From Planctomycetota bacterium (GTDB taxonomy: Bacteria > Planctomycetota > Planctomycetia > Planctomycetales > Planctomycetaceae): DNA of 64,000 nt. Below the pieces are notes generated by a model. The model made no database searches. It was given only the letters and a program-made list of their open reading frames with translations, and was not told the origin of the DNA. The position numbers were made by a program, and so were the translations under genes. Below, piece after piece: positions 57,894-64,000 of the stretch (its first letter is position 1; every line of letters begins with the position of its first letter). Location: assembly GCA_038040225.1 (NCBI GenBank), contig JBBPIS010000024.1, forward strand, positions 4,259 to 68,258, in the 5' to 3' direction.

Positions 57894-58976
57894 TCAACTC
57901 AGCTTCTTGAGCTTCGAGATCCGCCCCGTGCCGACCCACTCGGCGACGAAGATGCTGCCGTCGGCGGCGAAGCAGGCATCATGCGGGTGGACGAACTTGC
58001 CGTCCTGCCATTTCGATTTGTCGCCACGAATGCCGCCACCGTCCTTGCCGGTGACTCGGGCCACATCGTCGCCGAGCCGCGCCACGACTTCGTTCTTCTC
58101 GTTGAGCAGCGTCACCCGCGCGTGCAGTTCCGGCACGACCAGCAGGTTCTTCCACGTCTCGCAGTTCGCGGGGAGGCCGTAGCCCTTGAGCGTCTCCACG
58201 TATTTGCCGTCCATCGTGAAGTATTGCAGCGTGTGGTTGGCCCGGTCACAGACGACGATCGACGGCGTGCGGCCGGCTCGCTTGTCGATCCAGACGCCGT
58301 GTGGCGTGTTGAACTGTCCGTTTCCAGGCCCGGGACCGCCGAAGTGTGAGACCCACTTGCCGTCCTTGTCGAACCGATGGACCACGAACGCGCCGTAGCC
58401 ATCGGCGAGCAGGAACCCGCCGTCGTCAAGGAACGCGAAATTCGTCGGCATGAACCGGTCGCGGCCCCACACTTTCGCCCGCTTCGTGTCTTCCTCGGCG
58501 GCATACACGCCCGACTGCATCGGCGCGTACTGCTCCCAGACGGTCTCGCCCTTCAGCGTCATCTTCGCGAACGACTTCACCTGCTGGTATGAGCAGACGT
58601 AGAGGAACTCTTCCGACCCCTCCTGTCGAATCTCGACTCCATGCCCGCCCCCTTGGAACCGCTCGCCGAACGCGCGGAGGAACTTGCCTTCGGAGTCGAA
58701 CACGAAGATCGACGGATGGTCCTTCAAATCCTCGCGGCCTTCGTGGATGACGTAAAGGTTGCCGGACTTGTCCACCGCGACGTTGTGCGTGGTCTGCCAG
58801 GTGTACTTGTCGGGAAGCTGCGGCCACTCGTGCTGGACCTCGAACTTGTGTTCGCCCTCACCGACGATGAGCGGTTTGTCGGTCTTGCCCTGCGCGTGAA
58901 TGGCGGGAGCAGCCACGAGGGCGGCGGTCCCGGCAGCGGCAGTTGACAGAAATTGGCGGCGCGAAAGTGACATCAT
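57894..58976 (-). CDS. Tat-exported NHL-repeat beta-propeller protein (PAL-like)
   Basis: SRRQFL Tat motif; HNVAVD, FNTPHG, VCDRANH, FVHPHDACF. Confidence 0.85.
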   Translation of the reverse strand: MMSLSRRQFLSTAAAGTAALVAAPAIHAQGKTDKPLIVGEGEHKFEVQHEWPQLPDKYTWQTTHNVAVDKSGNLYVIHEGREDLKDHPSIFVFDSEGKFLRAFGERFQGGGHGVEIRQEGSEEFLYVCSYQQVKSFAKMTLKGETVWEQYAPMQSGVYAAEEDTKRAKVWGRDRFMPTNFAFLDDGGFLLADGYGAFVVHRFDKDGKWVSHFGGPGPGNGQFNTPHGVWIDKRAGRTPSIVVCDRANHTLQYFTMDGKYVETLKGYGLPANCETWKNLLVVPELHARVTLLNEKNEVVARLGDDVARVTGKDGGGIRGDKSKWQDGKFVHPHDACFAADGSIFVAEWVGTGRISKLKKLS

Positions 58977-59221
58977 CAGTTCCTTGTGCAGAGAGTCTGA
59001 AAGGGCTTCTGAATCGGCAGAGGAATCGTCGGAGAGTGAATACTCGCTTCGATTGGCCGCAGTTCTACTTCACCGATACCCGCTGCGAAAGTGCTGCTGG
59101 TGAGTTGTCTGCTTCCGAGTGCTGGCTCAGACATGTAACGCTCTTGCGTTCTTGGAATAGGCGGAGAATTCGCCTCCTGTGAGCAGCAGCCATCAGTTCC
59201 AGATTCAGCGGGAGCCTCATC

Positions 59222-59534
59222 ATGCTCAGATCCGTTCGGATCGCGTTCGGAATCCTCTGTTTGGGCAGTCCGTCGGCGTTTGGTGATGCCGGAACGCAGA
59301 CACCAGCAGCCGACACGGATTCCGGTGAAGCCGTGGTCCGTCAGACCATCGAACGGAGCTTGCCGTTCATCCAGTGTAGGGCGAGCGGTGGTTCGAGTCC
59401 ATAAAGTGCGGTTCGTGTCATCAAGTGTCACTCATTTCTGGTCGCTGTATGCCGCCGTTGATCGCTGGTTCGCGGTGGCGGTGATCGGTCTGGCCGAGAC
59501 GATACCACGCACCGTCGAGGACGAACGGCCATGA
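59222..59534 (+). pseudogene. Frameshifted, truncated paralog of the downstream prenyltransferase-repeat gene
   Basis: Signal peptide + VRQTIERSLPFIQ, then frame shift to GERWFESIKCGSCHQ, then another shift to FWSLYAAVDR; the neighbour reads VEKGLFYIERQSMVWWKENKCVSCHEG. Confidence 0.6.
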
Positions 59535-59654
59535 CGTGTTCGCCAATGCTGATTCTGATTCGTCGCGGCAGTTCGACGGCAGCCGCGTTTCGCTGGAACA
59601 CGGCTGGCCCGCACTCGGTCAAACACGGCCACACTTCTGTTCTGGAGGCATGAC

Positions 59655-60782
59655 ATGCGATCCCACCTTGCAGCCCTCTTCCTGCTGTTATTGCCCGTGG
59701 GAGTATTCGCGGAGTCGGCAGACCAGCCGACTTCGACTGCGGCGACTCCGGCAGTTCTGCAACTGGCGGTGGAGAAAGGGTTGTTCTACATCGAACGGCA
59801 GAGCATGGTCTGGTGGAAGGAAAACAAGTGTGTTTCCTGCCACGAGGGGCCGATGCTCCTCGTGGCACACATCGTCGCGAAAGAACGCGGCGTGCCGATC
59901 GATCAGCGGAAGCTCGACTTCTGGAGCGAGCGTTGGGTATTCAAGGGGGCGGTCACCAAGGTCCGCAAAGACGGGAAGACCGACACGGTCGGGACGCTGG
60001 CGTTGCCCTGGCTGTTTCTTTACCGCGAGCGCGAACAGGAGCAATCCGCGTCGAGAGCGAAAGCGTTCGGTGAGTTGTTTCGCGAACTGGCGAAGAAGTC
60101 ACAGGCTCCCGCCGGCGATTGGGGTCCAGACAACCGGTTGAACTACACGTCTTGGATCGTGCTGTCGCTGGCTGAGCTGGAGCAGTCCAAGTTGCCGTTC
60201 GAGCCGAAACTTCGTGAAGAGATCGCGGCGAGCCGCCAGCGCACAGAGACATGGCTCGAATCGCAGACGCTCCCATCGCCGGGGAAGACCGAGGAACTCG
60301 CCGGTTGGGTCGCCTACGAACACGCTTGCGGTCACAAGGAGCGAGCCAGGCTGCTGCTGGACGAACTTTTGGCCCGGCAGCAGCCCGGTGGCAGTTGGGG
60401 CATGACCAAGGACGAACAGGCGCACAACCTGGTTACCGGCGTGGCCCTGTTGTCGTTGAAGCGGTGCGACGTGCCCAACGAGCATCCGGCCGTCGTCAAA
60501 GCCCAACGATTCCTGCTCGACGGTCAGGCCGCGGACGGTCGTTGGCCGACGAAGGGACGTTATTTTCATACGGAACGCGAGGATCCGCCGGTCGAAGCGT
60601 GGGCGAGCGGACTCATCGTCACCGCCCTCTGCGCGACGCTACCCCCGCTGCCGGCAGACACCAAACCACTCTTCACCCGCGATCCCAAACTGGTTGAAGA
60701 AACCGACAAGCTCGCCCTCGAAGCCGCCGAGGGCTATTCCAGCTTCGACTACGAGGGAGATCCCACGCTGGACTCACCCTGA
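59655..60782 (+). CDS. Secreted prenyltransferase/squalene-cyclase (QW) repeat protein with CxSCH motif
   Basis: CVSCH; QAPAGDW, QQPGGSW, QAADGRW repeats; GGAGG RBS. Confidence 0.75.
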   Translation: MRSHLAALFLLLLPVGVFAESADQPTSTAATPAVLQLAVEKGLFYIERQSMVWWKENKCVSCHEGPMLLVAHIVAKERGVPIDQRKLDFWSERWVFKGAVTKVRKDGKTDTVGTLALPWLFLYREREQEQSASRAKAFGELFRELAKKSQAPAGDWGPDNRLNYTSWIVLSLAELEQSKLPFEPKLREEIAASRQRTETWLESQTLPSPGKTEELAGWVAYEHACGHKERARLLLDELLARQQPGGSWGMTKDEQAHNLVTGVALLSLKRCDVPNEHPAVVKAQRFLLDGQAADGRWPTKGRYFHTEREDPPVEAWASGLIVTALCATLPPLPADTKPLFTRDPKLVEETDKLALEAAEGYSSFDYEGDPTLDSP

Positions 60783-60817
60783 AACGCGGGGTCATCCGAC
60801 CAGCAATGAGTTTATTC

Positions 60818-61171
60818 TCAGCGCGGCGGGATGTAAGTGTTGGTCAGCTTCGCGTAATCCTCGCGCACGGGGCTGAAGACATCCAGGACGAGAACCGGAC
60901 CGCCAACCGCGACCGCTCGATGCGGGACGTGTGGCGGGATTAGAAACATCGCACCCGCCTCGCAGACTCGCGTCTCGTCGCCGATGGTCAGTTCCAGCCT
61001 CCCGCGAATCAGCATCCCTCCCTGCTCGTGCGGGTGCGAGTGCAGCGGCACCTCGGCCCCGTCGTCCATTTCGAGGTACGACAGCATCAGATTCTGACCA
61101 AACGGCGTGCGCATCCGGCAGCCGGGCACGGGCGAGATCGGTTCGATGTCGTCGATGTTGATGAAACCCAT
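60818..61171 (-). CDS. Cupin domain protein
   Basis: PLHSHPHEQ.G...G, IPPHVPH, DVFSPVREDY. Confidence 0.9.
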   Translation of the reverse strand: MGFINIDDIEPISPVPGCRMRTPFGQNLMLSYLEMDDGAEVPLHSHPHEQGGMLIRGRLELTIGDETRVCEAGAMFLIPPHVPHRAVAVGGPVLVLDVFSPVREDYAKLTNTYIPPR

Positions 61172-61282
61172 GGAAACTCCTGACAGATTGATGCGGCGGA
61201 AGAATGCGTGTGAACTTGGCGAGCCGGGTGCCGTCTGGACCGAATCGCACAGACCCCTGACATTGGTGACGGGAGTGTGTGA

Positions 61283-63136
61283 TTACGACCCGAGTACCCG
61301 ATCAAACAGTTCATACGCCAACTGCCGCATTTCGGGCGGGAAGTCGTGTTCGCAGTCGGGGTGTTCGATGAGCAGCCGCTCATCGTGGCCGTACAGTTTG
61401 AAGACCGGACGGGCCGCCGCCGCGATGCGGTCCACGCTGGCAGCCTGAAAGTTGTGATCCTTCACCGGAGCGATGATGAGAACGTGGCGCGGAGCCAGCG
61501 CACCGATCAGCTCGTGAAAGTCGAACGGGATCTCGGCGAGGCGGCCCCGATAATCGGCCAGCCGCAGCATGTAGCGGGTCTGGCACCAGCCCTTCTCGGG
61601 GTGCCAGTTCTTTTCGTCGCCGCTGTAGTAGTCGAGGTACGAATCCAGCCCGCAACTCGACACGACGGCGTGGATGCGGTTGTCGAACAGGGCGGTGTAG
61701 ACCGAGTTGTGGCCTCCCAGCGAATGGCCGATCGCGCCGAACGAGTTCTTGCGAACGAACGGCAGCGTTTCGAGCAGGTCCAGCCCGCGGATGTTGTCCC
61801 ACACCGCCTTCAGGGTTCCGCTCTGCCAGCCGAGGGCGTTCACGTCGGGCTGGTACTTGGCGAGCAGCGGATAGTTGGGGGCGAGCGTCACGTAGCCTCG
61901 CTCGGCCAACTCGGCGGCGTACTGGCGGTTCGGGCGCGTGCCCAGGCCGACGACCGTGCCGTGACCGACCGTGTTGTCGGTCCCGTGCAAACAGAGAACG
62001 GCGGGATGCGGCCTGGCTCCCGCCGCGAGAGCCGTCTTCGGAATGCAAAGGTAGGCGGGGACGCGCGATCCGGGCTCGGACTGGTACGTCACCAGGCGAC
62101 GGACATAGCTGCCGCAATCGACTTCCTCGTCGAGTTGCATGTCGAGCGGACAACGTTTCTCTCGCCCGGGCAATCGCCCCATGACAGACTCGGCCCCGCG
62201 AATGATCTCGGCACGGCGCTGCTGCCAGTCGTCGAGCGTCGTCACGAATCGCGTCTCATTTATCCAGTCGCGATGGAGGAGCAGGTTGCCGCGAGGGAGA
62301 CGCGGCTGCGGTGACAACGGCCTTCGATCCGCGAAGACGATCTCCTGGCGAGACCGGTCAATCCCGATCAGGCCCCGCGTCAGAGGGTCGAACGCGATCC
62401 CCTGCCCCGTGAATGGGATCGTTTGCCGTTCGACAAGTTCCAGGACCTTGCCTGCGGTCGGAATTCGCAACCGGAACAGAACCGAATCGTCGTGCCCCGT
62501 CACAGCCAGCAGCCCGTCATGCCAGATGCCACCCGACAGGCTCGACCGGCGCAGCTCCTTCACCACAGCAGCGGGATACGTCCAGCGTGCGATCTCCTTC
62601 CACTGATCGTCGAACTGAACGAGGAACGTCTGGCCGTTGTCGTCTCCGTAGCGGGCGAAGTTGCACCACCAATGGCCCGCGTGTCGAATGGCCCACGTGA
62701 GGCTGCCACCGAAGTTGCCAAATTCCTTGAACCGCGACAGCGTCATCGTCGCCGGGTCCAGCACCATGATCTCGCTTTGCTCGGGAGTCTTCGGGTAGTT
62801 CGAGTGGGCGCAGTACAGACGCCCCTCAAATACAAAGCCGCTGTTCAGATGAGTTGCCTTCTCACCGGTGTTGGTTGCGATCTTGTCGCCCGTTGTCCGG
62901 TCGTACTTCGCAACGACCGAGTTCGCGATGGCATAGACAAACTTGTCGTCGGCCGCCGCCGCCTGATGAGCCTCCGTCGCCGGGAAGGATCGCGCGCGCG
63001 GCCAACTCTCCGACGAAGCTTCCTCCGCATGGACTGCAACGGTTGTCAGCAGGGCCGCGATGAACAGGCAAGATACGAAGAGGCGACCCCTACTGTAGTC
63101 TTGTCGCTCCGCCGACAACACGCCTCGCCGTGGCAT
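61283..63136 (-). CDS. Secreted two-domain protein: beta-rich N-domain + alpha/beta hydrolase
   Basis: Signal-like helix; PAVLCLHG, IGHSLGGH nucleophile elbow, HDF; ATG 63136. Confidence 0.8.
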   Translation of the reverse strand: MPRRGVLSAERQDYSRGRLFVSCLFIAALLTTVAVHAEEASSESWPRARSFPATEAHQAAAADDKFVYAIANSVVAKYDRTTGDKIATNTGEKATHLNSGFVFEGRLYCAHSNYPKTPEQSEIMVLDPATMTLSRFKEFGNFGGSLTWAIRHAGHWWCNFARYGDDNGQTFLVQFDDQWKEIARWTYPAAVVKELRRSSLSGGIWHDGLLAVTGHDDSVLFRLRIPTAGKVLELVERQTIPFTGQGIAFDPLTRGLIGIDRSRQEIVFADRRPLSPQPRLPRGNLLLHRDWINETRFVTTLDDWQQRRAEIIRGAESVMGRLPGREKRCPLDMQLDEEVDCGSYVRRLVTYQSEPGSRVPAYLCIPKTALAAGARPHPAVLCLHGTDNTVGHGTVVGLGTRPNRQYAAELAERGYVTLAPNYPLLAKYQPDVNALGWQSGTLKAVWDNIRGLDLLETLPFVRKNSFGAIGHSLGGHNSVYTALFDNRIHAVVSSCGLDSYLDYYSGDEKNWHPEKGWCQTRYMLRLADYRGRLAEIPFDFHELIGALAPRHVLIIAPVKDHNFQAASVDRIAAAARPVFKLYGHDERLLIEHPDCEHDFPPEMRQLAYELFDRVLGS

Positions 63137-63199
63137 CAAAGGTGATCGGAACGCCGCCGTCGTGAACAAGCCGTCCCGTCGACGGAGCGACGGGACTAC
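63095..63199. repeat. REPIN of the GTAGTC family
   Basis: Plus GTAGTCTTGTCGCTCCGCCGACAAC (from 63095) and minus GTAGTCCCGTCGCTCCGTCGACGGGAC (63199-63173). Confidence 0.75.
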
Positions 63200-63221
63200 G
63201 GTAACGTCCGATGCGTGCATC

Positions 63222-64000
63222 TCACTCGCCCTTCTTCCCGAGACAGTACAGCCACTCCTGCCGCTGGCCCTCCGACTGCGTGGCGACGCGGTGATAGATG
63301 CGGCCTCCGCAAATGGTCGGGGTCGCGAAGACGATGTTACCGAGTTGGTTCTCGCCCACCAGTTTGAAGGCGGCCGGGTCGGCTTTGAAGATGAACGTCT
63401 TCCCCTCTTCGTTGGTGGCGAAGATGTGTTCGCCCACCATCACGGGCGACGAACTGAATGTCCCGCCGAGGCGTTTCGTCCACTGCTCCTGACCGGTGTC
63501 GCTCTTCCAGCACATGGCCACGCCCGCATCGAGCGTCGCGTACAAGTAGCCGTCCCGGACCAGCATCGACGGAACGTAGACGCGCGAGCCGTTCTCCCAC
63601 GCGACCTTGCCCGAACCGTCGGCCTTCACGGCGGCGAGATGATTCTTCGGGTAGCCGCCGCTGGTGTAGATGTGCGTCCCGTCGGTGACGGTCGAGGTCA
63701 CGCATTCCTCCGTCGAGCCTTTGATCTCCCACAGGATGTTGCCGGTCCGCGGGTCGAAGCTCGTCACCAGATCGCAGCCCGTGAACAAAACCTGATCCCT
63801 TCCGGCGATCTTCAGAATGATGGGCGACGTGTAGTTGGGGAGCTTCGGCCGCGGCTGCTTCCAGACCAGCTTGCCAGTCGCCCGTTCGAGGCCCGCAATC
63901 GCGCCCGCCCCGCCCTTGTTGTCGGCCGACACGATCACCAGTGAGTCGTAAAGAGCCGGGGATGAACTGAAGCCCTGATGCAGCACGTAGTCGGTGATTT
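63222..64000 (-). CDS. PQQ-like beta-propeller repeat protein (partial, starts beyond window)
   Basis: SSPAL, GKLVWK, YTSP, G...WE, FSSSPV, TPTI repeats; frame open to the window end. Confidence 0.85.
   Translation of the reverse strand, partial: ITDYVLHQGFSSSPALYDSLVIVSADNKGGAGAIAGLERATGKLVWKQPRPKLPNYTSPIILKIAGRDQVLFTGCDLVTSFDPRTGNILWEIKGSTEECVTSTVTDGTHIYTSGGYPKNHLAAVKADGSGKVAWENGSRVYVPSMLVRDGYLYATLDAGVAMCWKSDTGQEQWTKRLGGTFSSSPVMVGEHIFATNEEGKTFIFKADPAAFKLVGENQLGNIVFATPTICGGRIYHRVATQSEGQRQEWLYCLGKKGE

Noticed and set aside
59376-59400. GTAGGGCG... as a REP or tRNA fragment (GGTTCGAGTCC)
   Set aside because: No hairpin or cloverleaf; explained by pseudogene codons WFES.

Overview
GC-rich bacterial DNA with a Planctomycetota (probably Planctomycetaceae) gene repertoire; the taxonomy is inferred from the gene families and was not searched. 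About 60 CDS, mostly housekeeping, signalling and transport genes: map, arfB, plsY, cysH, chdC/hemQ, folP, gpsA, pgk, clpS, a liv-type ABC operon, NfeD-flotillin, a 1.4-kaa Ser/Thr kinase, an FHA-GAF histidine kinase and an HD-GYP protein. There is one tRNA-Gln(CTG), a small amino-sugar cluster and a toxin-antitoxin pair whose PIN toxin carries an in-frame amber stop. No rRNA, CRISPR array, integrase or transposase was seen. Top candidates for undescribed biology: (1) two tandem ~90-nt structured leader elements with a 120-nt period, each ending in an intrinsic terminator, upstream of secreted-protein genes and divergent from a DUF2294/MpsC-like gene; (2) a LivG ABC ATPase with a ~240-aa insertion holding two TM helices and two EF-hand-like loops; (3) a dense set of intergenic REP/REPIN families and 7-mer-periodic hairpins, three of which have a loop complementary to the upstream gene's stop-codon region; (4) a beta-keto-acid cleavage enzyme inside a sugar aminotransferase/acyltransferase cluster. 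Family assignments come from motif recognition only. Start codons were adjusted by eye where the ORF track over-extends.
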